Shown here: piece by piece, positions 27,010 to 35,945 of the stretch
Position numbering within the stretch: position 1 is the stretch's first letter
Layout of the letters: each line of letters opens with the position of its first letter
Assembly: GCA_965202805.1 (NCBI GenBank)
Contig: OZ241869.1
Location: 2,016,001-2,080,000 of the forward strand
Direction: 5' to 3'
Length of the DNA: 64,000 nucleotides
DNA from: Longimicrobiales bacterium
Lineage (GTDB): Bacteria > Gemmatimonadota > Gemmatimonadetes > Longimicrobiales > Gaopeijiaceae
Notes under the pieces: generated by a model
Told to the model about the DNA's origin: nothing
Databases searched by the model: none
What the model saw: only the letters and a program-made list of their open reading frames with translations
Translations under genes and position numbers: made by a program

Positions 27010-27900
27010 ATGTCCGGCCGCACGGCCGCACCGGACCCGCGCCCCGCCGCGCCACCCAGCCGCAATCGCTCACCGATGCGGAAAGGCCACCGCCGAGAAT
27101 ACGCCGCGGGCCGGGCGCGCGGGTCCACCATCTCCTTCCGCGAACGTTGCGCCGGGGCGCTGACCGACATCGGCGTCTTCGGCGCGGTCTCCTACCGCGA
27201 TCTCGCCGAGGCCCGCTTCGGCGGGCATCCGCACACCACCCGCCGCGCCGTGAACGCGTGGATCGGCGAGGGATGGGTCCAGGAGCACCGGGCCACCGGA
27301 CCGAAGGGCAACCCCTTCAAGGTCCTGACCCTCACCCGGGAGGGCGCGGCCGAGGCCCGGAAGCTGGCCGCCGAGCGGGGCATGGATCCCGCCCAGACGA
27401 TCCGCCCGGCGCGGATCCGGGCCTCCGAAACCGCCCACGACACCGCCATCTACCGCGCCTGCCGGAAGGAGCGGAAACGGCTCGAAGCGGAGGGAGCCAC
27501 CGTCCGGCGCGTCCGGCTCGACACCGAACTCAAGGGCGCCGTCGCGCGCGCGAGCGAGGCGACCCGCCGCAAGGACGGCAAGCGGGCCGCCGACGCCGAA
27601 CGCCACCGCATCGCCGGCGAACTCGGCCTCCCCATCGACGACGACGGGCGGGTGCTCTACCCGGACGCCCGGATCGAATACAACGACGCCGAGGGACGCA
27701 CGGGCCGCGTCAACGTCGAGGCCGTCTCCGGCAACTACCGCGAACCCGCCGTCAAGGCGAAGGCCGCCGCCGGGTTCCGACTCCACGCCAACGGCCCGGC
27801 CGCCGAGGGCCTGCTGCGCAAGCTCGGGCTCGGCGCGGACGACAGCGGGGCCTGGCTGCGCGGACCCCTCGACCGTGACCCGGCCACCGTCGAACTCTGA
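27010..27900 (+). CDS. wHTH + PD-(D/E)XK protein (Replic_Relax/MOBC-like candidate relaxase)
   Basis: wHTH ('LTLTREG'), 'AHDTAIY', 'YPDARIEY......VNVE...NY....K'. Confidence 0.6.
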   Translation: MSGRTAAPDPRPAAPPSRNRSPMRKGHRREYAAGRARGSTISFRERCAGALTDIGVFGAVSYRDLAEARFGGHPHTTRRAVNAWIGEGWVQEHRATGPKGNPFKVLTLTREGAAEARKLAAERGMDPAQTIRPARIRASETAHDTAIYRACRKERKRLEAEGATVRRVRLDTELKGAVARASEATRRKDGKRAADAERHRIAGELGLPIDDDGRVLYPDARIEYNDAEGRTGRVNVEAVSGNYREPAVKAKAAAGFRLHANGPAAEGLLRKLGLGADDSGAWLRGPLDRDPATVEL

Positions 27901-27920
27901 CCACAGCGGAGGAAACCGCC

Positions 27921-28235
27921 ATGCAGCCCTGGAAGATCAGCGCGGGACTCGCCGCCGCCATCGCCGGTTCGGTCCTGCTCCTCGCAGGAGCACGGCTCGA
28001 CTACCTCGCGCCCCACTGGCCGCTCATCCTCGCCGAACACGGCGTCACGCTCGCGCTGCACCTCGCGCTCGCGCTCGCCGGCCTCGCGGCCGCCATCTAT
28101 GCCGTCGCCCGCACCACGGGGCTCGCCGATCTCGGCCGCCGCGTCGATCTCGCCGAACGGTCCGTCCGGCGCGGCGAGGGGGACGCGGAACTGGCCGAGG
28201 CGCTTCGGAAGGACAAGGAAGGAGACTGGGAGTGA
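27921..28235 (+). CDS. Small membrane protein
   Basis: GGAGG RBS, two hydrophobic segments. Confidence 0.65.
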   Translation: MQPWKISAGLAAAIAGSVLLLAGARLDYLAPHWPLILAEHGVTLALHLALALAGLAAAIYAVARTTGLADLGRRVDLAERSVRRGEGDAELAEALRKDKEGDWE

Positions 28236-28624
28236 CGCGCAACAGCGACCCCGCGTCCGTCCGGAAACTGCCCGCCGCCTGGCGGAGCCGGGCCAAGGCA
28301 TTGCGCCGCTACGGGAGCGAGCCGCCCGCCATCGCCCTCGAACGCTGTGCCGAGGAACTGGACGCCACGATCCGCGACCGGGACGAGACCACGTACTCCC
28401 TCGTCGAGGCTTCGCGGGAGAGCGGATACACCGCCGACCACCTCGGCCGCCTCGTGCGCGACGGCAAGATCCCCAACGCCGGTAGGCCCAACGCGCCCAG
28501 GATCGCGCGCAGGCACCTGCCACGAAAAGCGCCGGCCGAAGCGCCACTTGCGGAACAACCCCTCACGCGCGAGCGTTCAAACGCGCAGATCGTGCAGTCC
28601 ATCATCCAGAGAGGAATGGAATGA
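28232..28624 (+). CDS. Excisionase-like HTH protein
   Basis: 'YSLVEASRESGYTADHLGRLVRDGKIP' MerR/HTH_17-like; coupled to the integrase. Confidence 0.65.
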   Translation: MTRNSDPASVRKLPAAWRSRAKALRRYGSEPPAIALERCAEELDATIRDRDETTYSLVEASRESGYTADHLGRLVRDGKIPNAGRPNAPRIARRHLPRKAPAEAPLAEQPLTRERSNAQIVQSIIQRGME

Positions 28625-29793
28625 TGGCACGCACGAAACGAGGCCGGCGAGCATACAGCGCCGGCGAATGGGGCCGGAACCGGGTGAGGGTGTTTCCTGA
28701 CGCCAAGACCGGCTTGTACCAGATCGAGTGGCGCGAGAACGGGTGCAGGCTCACCCGGTCGCTGAAACACCGCGACTGGCGGCGCGCGAAGCGGCAGGCG
28801 GATGAGGTCGCCGCAGGCTACGCCGGGCCGGAGCTGAACGGCCGGAAGGAGCCCGAACCCGAGCCGCTCACGCTGGCAACGCTATTTGAAATCTACGGTG
28901 AGGAGGTGACGCCCACGAAGGCGGAGTCGTCGCAGAAGTACGACCGGGCCACGATGCGGATGTTCCTCACGTTCTTCGGAGGGCATCGAAGGCCCGATAC
29001 GCTCTCCCAGAGGGACTGGGACCGGTTCATCCGGGCGCGGCGGTCGGGCAGAGCCGGACGGAGTGGCAGGCCTGTTGGCAACCGGACGATCCAACAGGAC
29101 TTGAAACTGCTGATCGCGATCCTCAACTGGGCCGCGAAGTCGAGGGACGAGGAGGGGACGTTGCTCCTCGATTCCAATCCCCTCCGGGGCCTGAGGACGC
29201 CCACGGAGAAGAACCCGACCCGCGTGGTTGTCACCCAGGCGGAGTACGAGGCATTGCTCAAGGCGTCGGTGTCGATGGACTGGCGGTTCCGCGTGGCGCT
29301 GGTGATCGCGCACGAGACGGGACACCGCATCGGTGCCATCCGCCAGTTGCGGTGGTCCGACATCGACATGGAGTCCAGGATCATCCGGTGGCGCGCCGAG
29401 AACGAGAAGACCGGGTACGAGCACCGGACGCCGGTCACGACCGAGGTGCTTGCCGCCCTGGAGGAGGCGCGGATGCAGAACCCCAGGGGCGGGAACTCTC
29501 CCGTGTTGCCCGCGCCGAAGAACCCCTCGCGGTGCCTGGACCGGTCGCGGGTGCGCGTCTGGTGGGACAAGGCCCAGAAACTCGCGGGGCTGGAGCCCAA
29601 GCGCGGTCGCGGCTGGCACTCGCTAAGGCGGAAGTTCGCGTCCGACCTCATGGATCAACCGCTCAAGGTGCTCTGCCAGCTCGGCGGCTGGAAGACGGCC
29701 CAGACAGTGCTCCAGTGCTACCAGAGGGCCGACGAGGACCAGCTCAGGAAGGCCCTTGAGCACCGGCGGACAGTCCGCTCCTCGCCCAATTAG
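28621..29793 (+). CDS. int: Tyrosine recombinase/integrase of the ICE
   Basis: 'ETGHRIGAI..LRWSDID', 'ENEKT', 'WHSLRR', 'LGGW', 'CYQR'. Confidence 0.92.
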   Translation: MMARTKRGRRAYSAGEWGRNRVRVFPDAKTGLYQIEWRENGCRLTRSLKHRDWRRAKRQADEVAAGYAGPELNGRKEPEPEPLTLATLFEIYGEEVTPTKAESSQKYDRATMRMFLTFFGGHRRPDTLSQRDWDRFIRARRSGRAGRSGRPVGNRTIQQDLKLLIAILNWAAKSRDEEGTLLLDSNPLRGLRTPTEKNPTRVVVTQAEYEALLKASVSMDWRFRVALVIAHETGHRIGAIRQLRWSDIDMESRIIRWRAENEKTGYEHRTPVTTEVLAALEEARMQNPRGGNSPVLPAPKNPSRCLDRSRVRVWWDKAQKLAGLEPKRGRGWHSLRRKFASDLMDQPLKVLCQLGGWKTAQTVLQCYQRADEDQLRKALEHRRTVRSSPN

Positions 29794-29812
29794 CGGGAGT
29801 CAATTAGCTGGA
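29787..29812 (+). repeat. Direct repeat CAATTAGC(G/T)GGA x2 (putative arm-type sites of the ICE att)
   Basis: 29787-29798 and 29801-29812, between integrase stop and tRNA. Confidence 0.55.
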
Positions 29813-29843
29813 ACTTCCCCTCGCGATCCCGTAAGTTCAACTG

Positions 29844-29917
<74 letters not shown>

Positions 29918-30194
29918 TTGGACTTACGAGGTTTCGGGGGTCCGATGTCCGCGTCCGTCATCGTGCGCGCCGGGCTGAGGCGGAGCCCCTCGCGCCGGAC
30001 TCGCCCAGGTGGTGGCACTCGCCCGCGCGCGGCGCGGACAGGCTCGGGGTCATGGACGAGAGCCCGTTGGTCTCGACGCGCCGCTCCATCCCCATCCCAT
30101 TGGCCACCGCGTCGACACGGCAGGTTCCCTTGACGGACGGGGACCCGCTCGGGCGGGCAACGCGCTTACGGAGATGAAGGGAGCGAGGTAGACG

Positions 30195-30542
30195 ATGAAG
30201 AACAGTTTCGCGATTCAGGAGCTTGGTGTCGCGCTGGCCAGGCTTGACCGCCGTGTTGCCGCCGGGTTCGATCAGCTGAGCGGACGGATCTCCGCATTGG
30301 AATCGAAGCTCGGCACGCGGATCGACGACGTGGAGGCCCACGCGGACAAACGGAGCGTCGAGTTCGGCACCAGGGTCGACATGGTGTCGGCCAAGTTCAA
30401 GCAGGTTCGGTATTCGCTCGACGGGCTGGAGGCACGTCTCGGCAAGAGGGTCGATGGACTGGACACCGAGGTCCGGAAACAACTCGACGCTCTACAAGCC
30501 GCGGTCGACGCGATCGGCGCGCACTTCGTCAGTTCGAAGTAG
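30195..30542 (+). CDS. Small coiled-coil/apolipoprotein-like hypothetical protein
   Basis: GAGG RBS; amphipathic 'L..RID..E' repeats. Confidence 0.6.
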   Translation: MKNSFAIQELGVALARLDRRVAAGFDQLSGRISALESKLGTRIDDVEAHADKRSVEFGTRVDMVSAKFKQVRYSLDGLEARLGKRVDGLDTEVRKQLDALQAAVDAIGAHFVSSK

Positions 30543-30662
30543 TCGAGGTCTTCTCCGTCGGCTGACGCCGGCCAGCCGCGCCAACCGCAGCCCCGCGCTT
30601 CCGACCTTCGGCGTGCCAGACACTTGACCTGACCCGGGGGCCGGTGGATCTTCAGGGCGTGT

Positions 30663-30677
30663 TGAGAATGAGTCTCA
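30663..30677. promoter_or_regulatory. Fur-box-like 7-1-7 inverted repeat
   Basis: TGAGAAT-G-AGTCTCA (one mismatch from a perfect IR), upstream of an operon containing a PepSY-TM gene. Confidence 0.65.
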
Positions 30678-30752
30678 TTTCACGCTGGTTGCGGTCAGCG
30701 CGCCGTGTGGGCGCCACACGCAACCAGGCTCACGGCAGGAAACGGAGGAAGC

Positions 30753-31454
30753 ATGTCCCATAGTCACACCGCAACGTTCGCCCTCGTCATGATTCCGCTG
30801 CTATCGGCCGGCTGTGGCGGAGGTGGCGATGCGGCCGAGTCCGAGCCCGCGGCCGCGGAGTCCATGGAGGCCATGGGCGATATGGGTGCCGCCGATGCCA
30901 TGGCTGCCCTCTCCAACCCCAACCTCGCCACTGAAAACGACTTGACCACGGTCCCGGGGATCACCGCGGAGGCCGCCGCGGCGGTTGTCGGCGGACGGCC
31001 CTACCTGCGCGCGGCGGATCTGCACGCGGTGCTGGCAGGGGCGATCGGCGAAGAGGCGGCGCTTGCGGCGTACAGCGCGCTCTGGCTGCCGATCAACCTC
31101 AACGACGTGACGAACGACGAGATCCTGCTGATTCCCGGCGTGGGGGATCGGATGGCGCACGAGTTCGAGGAGTACCGCCCCTACGTGGACATGGGCGAGT
31201 TCCGCATGGAGATCGGCAAATACGTGGACGAGGAAGAGGTGGAGCGGCTCGCACGGTACGTGTACGTCCCCATCGACCTGAACAGCGCCACCCGCGAAGA
31301 GATCATGGCGGTTCCGGGGATGAGCGAACGCATGGCCCACGAGTTCGAGGAGTACCGCCCGTACACCGACCTGGACCAGTTCCGGCGCGAGATCGGGAAG
31401 TACGTGGATGAGAACGAGGTCGCGCGCTTCGAGCGCTACGTGACGCTGAACTGA
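30753..31454 (+). CDS. Lipoprotein with tandem helix-hairpin-helix (ComEA-like) repeats
   Basis: Lipobox LSAGC; repeats 'INLN.....EI..IPGVG.RMAHEFEEYRPY....F..EIGKYVDE.EV'. Confidence 0.8.
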   Translation: MSHSHTATFALVMIPLLSAGCGGGGDAAESEPAAAESMEAMGDMGAADAMAALSNPNLATENDLTTVPGITAEAAAAVVGGRPYLRAADLHAVLAGAIGEEAALAAYSALWLPINLNDVTNDEILLIPGVGDRMAHEFEEYRPYVDMGEFRMEIGKYVDEEEVERLARYVYVPIDLNSATREEIMAVPGMSERMAHEFEEYRPYTDLDQFRREIGKYVDENEVARFERYVTLN

Positions 31455-31527
31455 AGGCACGTCCTCCACGGGCTGCCGGCCGGATGAGGCGGATCGCGGG
31501 CTTCGTCGGCCCGGCGGCGTCGGTGCG

Positions 31528-32676
31528 ATGATCCGGGCGATCATCTTCTGGCTGCACCTCACCGTGGCCGCGGCCGCCGGGCTGGTCATCCTGATGTTGG
31601 CGGCGACGGGCGTGATCCTGTCGCTCGAGGAGACGGTGACGGGGCTCGCGGAGCGAAGATACTTCGTGCCCGCGCCGGAAGGTGCGCAACGGCTGCCTCC
31701 GCAGGAGATCGCGGCCGCGGTGGAGTTCACGGCCACTTCGCTGACCTATCGATCGGACCCGCGCGCGCCAGTGCGCGTCTACGAGGGACAGGACCGGTAC
31801 GCCCGCGTAAATCCCTACACGGGGCAGCTGCTGGCAACGGAATCGGGCGGGCTCGAACGCTTCTTCGAAGACGTCCACAACTGGCACCGCTGGTTCAACG
31901 TCCCGGGAGGCTCGGTGCGACGCGCGCGGGCGGTGACGGGGGCGTTCAATCTGGCCTTCCTCTTTCTGCTGCTGACCGGACCGATCCTGTGGATCCCGCG
32001 GCCGGTCACCCGGCGGTCGCTCGCCAACGTGATCCTTCTCCGTCCCGGGGCGAGGGGTGCCCGGCGCGACCTCAACTGGCACCAGGTGGTCGGGATCTGG
32101 TCGGTCCTGCCACTGGCCGTGATCGCGGCAACCGGGGTCACCACGTCGTATCCGGCTGTGGGAGATCGGGTCTATCCGATGGTGGGGAACGCGGTACCCG
32201 CCGGGGCATGGACGGTTGGATCAGCGTCCCGGGAGGTGGAACCCGAGGGGGCGGCGATTTCGGAGGACTCCGCCCGCGTGCCGGACCCGGACCTGGGGGC
32301 CGTGCTCGCAACCGCCGAGGCTTGGGCGCCGGGGTGGCGGACCCTGATCCTGAACCTGCCGCGACCCGCGGACAGTGAGGTCCGCGTCGAGGTGCGGGCG
32401 GGCCGCGCAGGCCAGCCTCACAGGACCGGCTTTCTCACCCTGGACGCCGCCTCCGGCGCCGCGCGCGCATGGGAGTCCTTCGCCGACGATACGCCCACAC
32501 GGCGCGCGCAGCAGTTCCTGCGGTACGCGCACACGGGGGAGTACTGGGGACTGGCCGGCCAGCTGTTGACCGGACTCTTCTCGCTGGCGGCCGCGCTCAT
32601 GGTGTGGACCGGCCTTTCCCTGGCGGTGCGCCGGCTGCGCCGCTTCGTCGGGGTCCGGCGGACGCTGCGGGGATAG
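31528..32676 (+). CDS. PepSY-associated TM helix protein (iron-regulated membrane protein)
   Basis: 'FWLHL', 'VNPYTG', 'WHRW', 'LNWHQVVGIW', 'AHTGEYWG', 'WTG'. Confidence 0.88.
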   Translation: MIRAIIFWLHLTVAAAAGLVILMLAATGVILSLEETVTGLAERRYFVPAPEGAQRLPPQEIAAAVEFTATSLTYRSDPRAPVRVYEGQDRYARVNPYTGQLLATESGGLERFFEDVHNWHRWFNVPGGSVRRARAVTGAFNLAFLFLLLTGPILWIPRPVTRRSLANVILLRPGARGARRDLNWHQVVGIWSVLPLAVIAATGVTTSYPAVGDRVYPMVGNAVPAGAWTVGSASREVEPEGAAISEDSARVPDPDLGAVLATAEAWAPGWRTLILNLPRPADSEVRVEVRAGRAGQPHRTGFLTLDAASGAARAWESFADDTPTRRAQQFLRYAHTGEYWGLAGQLLTGLFSLAAALMVWTGLSLAVRRLRRFVGVRRTLRG

Positions 32677-32758
32677 TCGGTCTGCCCCGTCTCACGCGTG
32701 AGGCGGGTCCCGCGCCAATCAGGCGTGGAACGAGCGGAGTCGACCGGCGAAGCCTGCT

Positions 32759-33700
32759 CTAGGGAATGCCCTGGGAGAGCTTCGGAAGAGGCCTCGGGCT
32801 CGAAAACCCTCCGCCGGTCTCGATGTCGACGACGATCGAGCCGATCAGGTTCCCGATCGCCTTCTCCCCGCGGCGCAGCGCGTAACGATACAACGCGCGC
32901 CAGCCGAGCGTAGCCAGCCCGCCGACCGCCGCTCCACCGGCAAGGAAGCCCAATACAGCCGCACCGGCCGCGAGACCCCCGACCCCGAGGGCGGCGGCCG
33001 CGGCCCCGCCCGCAAAGGCGCCACCGACACCGCTCAACGACCCGGCCAATCCCGAGACGCAGCCCCCGACCCACATATTGAGCTTGTGGCTGTAGATCAG
33101 GCTCCCCCGCACGGTCAACTCGGTCGCAGGCGGCTCGGTGGCCAGGCGCCGGAGGCTGAAAAGGAGCTGCTTGAGGTCGATCCAGGCCATCTCGTACGCG
33201 AACGACTGGTCTCCCAGGGTTGCCAGGTATCGAGGCACCTTGAACACCAGCACGCCCCCGTCGAGGGGACCGGCTCCGTGTTGATCGACAAGACTCAGGC
33301 GGAACGGGTCTTCCGGGAGGATCCGCTGCATGGCGCCGTAGACCTCCTCCGCCGGTGCGTGGATCACCCGGGAGACCTCCAGCGCAAGCGGCGGGTGGCC
33401 CAGGAAACGGGCTGCCATCGCCGACGGCCGGGCCCGGGCTCCTTCGGCGAGCGCCCGATTGCGAGCCTCTACGAGCGCATGATCGACGAACTCCGTCGAA
33501 ATGCCGGCTTCTTCGGCAGCGGCCCGGACATCCGCGAGGCGGTACCCTTCCACCTCCGCCGTGTCGGAGGGATGCCCCCGCGGAGCCAGCTGCCGCGAAC
33601 GCGCCTCGAGGCGACGGGCGGCCTCGGCCTGCAACTCGGCCGCACGCTGCCAGAGTGCGCGTGCCTCCTCTTCGGAGATGCGGGTTTCGTCCTGGTCCAT
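32759..33700 (-). CDS. Hypothetical membrane protein
   Basis: 'ISEEEA..LWQRAAELQ', 'AAEEAGIS', C-terminal Gly/Ala-rich TMs. Confidence 0.7.
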   Translation of the reverse strand: MDQDETRISEEEARALWQRAAELQAEAARRLEARSRQLAPRGHPSDTAEVEGYRLADVRAAAEEAGISTEFVDHALVEARNRALAEGARARPSAMAARFLGHPPLALEVSRVIHAPAEEVYGAMQRILPEDPFRLSLVDQHGAGPLDGGVLVFKVPRYLATLGDQSFAYEMAWIDLKQLLFSLRRLATEPPATELTVRGSLIYSHKLNMWVGGCVSGLAGSLSGVGGAFAGGAAAAALGVGGLAAGAAVLGFLAGGAAVGGLATLGWRALYRYALRRGEKAIGNLIGSIVVDIETGGGFSSPRPLPKLSQGIP

Positions 33701-33921
33701 GGAACCGTGGCAAGGGTTGCACACGCAGCCATCTCGGGGACGGGCGCCCCGCGCAGGCTTTTTCCTCAACGGCACCCCGCCAGTGCCGGAGGCCCGGGTC
33801 CGCGCCCGGTGCACGGCATGGCGGCGGGATGGCCCACATGTAGATTCATGCAAACTTCCCCGGCCCACCCGCGTCAGGCAAACGATGGGCTGGTGGAACA
33901 CCGGAACCCGAGGAGGCGCTC

Positions 33922-35877
33922 ATGCCAGGTCGTCTGCGGCTGATTGGAGCGGGCTCGCTCGCATGCGTGGTGTGGCTCTGGGCCTGCGAGCCCCGTTTCG
34001 GCGGCGGGGGCGGCGGGGGCGCCGACTCCGTCTATTGGGCCTACTTCGGAGGCGACAAGGCGTTCACCAGGTACTCTCCTCTCGATCAGATAACGCGCGA
34101 CAATGTCGGGGACCTGGAGGTCCTGTGGCGGCGCCCCGCCGTCGATGCCGCCCTGACGGACTCCTTTCCGGATCTGGGGGTCTCGGGCTACCTCAGGGCG
34201 ACGCCGATCTTCATCGACGGCGTGCTCTATGCCCCCAACGGCGTCGGTCTGGCCGAGGCCTTCGATCCGGCGACCGGCGAGACCCTCTGGATCCAGCAGC
34301 CGTTCCCGCGGACGATCGAGGAAGCCCGGGGCCGGTCCTCAAGGGGTATGGACTATTGGACCGACGGCTCCGAGCGCCGCCTGATACACGTGCGCGGCGG
34401 ATATCTCTACGCCCTCGACCCGGAAACCGGCCAGACCCGTCCCGGCTTCGGCGATGGCGGAAGGGTCGACCTGGTCCCGGCCTCGGCCCGGCGGTTCGGC
34501 TGGAGCTCCGGTCCCATCGTCGTGAACGACGTCATCGTGGTCGCGGGCACGGTCGACGGAGCGGGCGACTCGGGGACGCGCTGGAAGGGAAGCGCGCCCG
34601 AGAACCTGCGCGGATACGACGTGCGCACCGGCGAGCTGCTCTGGACCTTCAACGTCGTGCCGCGGGAGGGCGAGTTCGGCGTCGACACCTGGGGCAAGGA
34701 GTCGTGGCGGGAATCGGGCGACCTCGGCGCATGGTGCTGCCTCAGCGCGGACGAGGAGCTCGGCTTCGTGTACGTGCCCTTTTCGGCGCCGACCGCCGCC
34801 TACTACGGGGGCCATCGCCCGGGCGACAACCTGTTCTCCAACAGCCTGGTGGCGATCGACGCCGCGACCGGGGAGCGGGCATGGCACTTCCAGATGGTGC
34901 ATCACGACCTGTGGGAGTACGACACCGTGGGTCCGCCGACGCTGGGTGAGATCGTGGTGGACGGCCGCCGCATCGACGCCGTCATGCAGCCGGGCAAGAC
35001 GGGCTTCCTGTACGTCTTCGACCGCGTGACCGGCGAGCCGGTATGGCCGATCGAGGAGCGTCCCGTACCCCAGTCCACGGTTCCGGGCGAGCATACCTCC
35101 CCGACGCAACCGTTTCCGACCAGGCCGGCGCCGTTCGCCAGGCACGGCATCACCCCTGACGACCTCATCGACTTCCCGGGGCTCCGCGAGCGGGCGCGCG
35201 CGTTGGCCGATTCGTTCGTCGTCGGCCCGATCTTCACCCCGCCGTCGCTCGTCAGCGACGAGCCGGGCGGCACGAAGGGCACGCTGATGGTGCCCGGGTC
35301 GTGGGGGGCGGGAAACTGGAACACGGGTGCGTTCGATCCCGAAACCGGCATGTACTACGCCTTCGCCCACTCGATCCCGCGCGTCTACCGCATCGCCAGG
35401 GCCACGGACCCGACAGCGGAGATGGAGTACTGGAGCCCCAATCGAGACGCGCCCTACATCGACGGTTTGCCGATCACGAAGCCGCCTTGGGGCCGGATCA
35501 CGGCGATCGACATGAACCGGGGCGAGCACGTCTGGGTGAAGGCGAACGGGGATGGCCCGAGGGATCACCCGGCCCTTCGGGATGTGGAGGTCCCCCCGCT
35601 CGGCGTGGCCAGCCGGCCCGTGGCGCTCGTCACGAAGACCCTCCTGCTGATGGGCGAAGGAGCCCAGGGAGTATTCGGGGGCGTCCAGGCGAACATGTGG
35701 GGCAAGACCTTCCGCGCCTGGGACAAGGCCACCGGAGAGGTGGTCCGGGAGATGGAGCTGGACGCGGGGACGACGGCAGGCCCCATGTCGTACATGCACG
35801 ACGGGAAGCAGTTCATCGTGGTGGCCATCGGCGGCAGGGAACATCCGCCCGAATTCGTCGCGCTCGGGCTTCGGTGA
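33922..35877 (+). CDS. PQQ-dependent dehydrogenase (glucose/quinate-like), lipoprotein
   Basis: 'WAYFGGD..TRYSPLDQI..DNV', 'ATP', 'WHFQMVHHDLWEYD', W-motif propeller repeats. Confidence 0.9.
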   Translation: MPGRLRLIGAGSLACVVWLWACEPRFGGGGGGGADSVYWAYFGGDKAFTRYSPLDQITRDNVGDLEVLWRRPAVDAALTDSFPDLGVSGYLRATPIFIDGVLYAPNGVGLAEAFDPATGETLWIQQPFPRTIEEARGRSSRGMDYWTDGSERRLIHVRGGYLYALDPETGQTRPGFGDGGRVDLVPASARRFGWSSGPIVVNDVIVVAGTVDGAGDSGTRWKGSAPENLRGYDVRTGELLWTFNVVPREGEFGVDTWGKESWRESGDLGAWCCLSADEELGFVYVPFSAPTAAYYGGHRPGDNLFSNSLVAIDAATGERAWHFQMVHHDLWEYDTVGPPTLGEIVVDGRRIDAVMQPGKTGFLYVFDRVTGEPVWPIEERPVPQSTVPGEHTSPTQPFPTRPAPFARHGITPDDLIDFPGLRERARALADSFVVGPIFTPPSLVSDEPGGTKGTLMVPGSWGAGNWNTGAFDPETGMYYAFAHSIPRVYRIARATDPTAEMEYWSPNRDAPYIDGLPITKPPWGRITAIDMNRGEHVWVKANGDGPRDHPALRDVEVPPLGVASRPVALVTKTLLLMGEGAQGVFGGVQANMWGKTFRAWDKATGEVVREMELDAGTTAGPMSYMHDGKQFIVVAIGGREHPPEFVALGLR

Positions 35878-35945
35878 GCCGGGCCGGCGCGGTTACTGAC
35901 GGGGATGGGCCACGCCGCGGCGCGCATGCGTCCCTGGGCGGGTTA

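Larger units (their letters stand above)
4420..29843 (+). mobile_element. Integrative conjugative element (VirB/VirD4-type T4SS, ArdC, xis-int) adjoining tRNA-Ile; left boundary not identified and may lie upstream of the window
   Basis: Co-oriented, translationally coupled virB-like operon plus T4CP and integrase, ending 50 bp before a tRNA gene. Confidence 0.85.
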
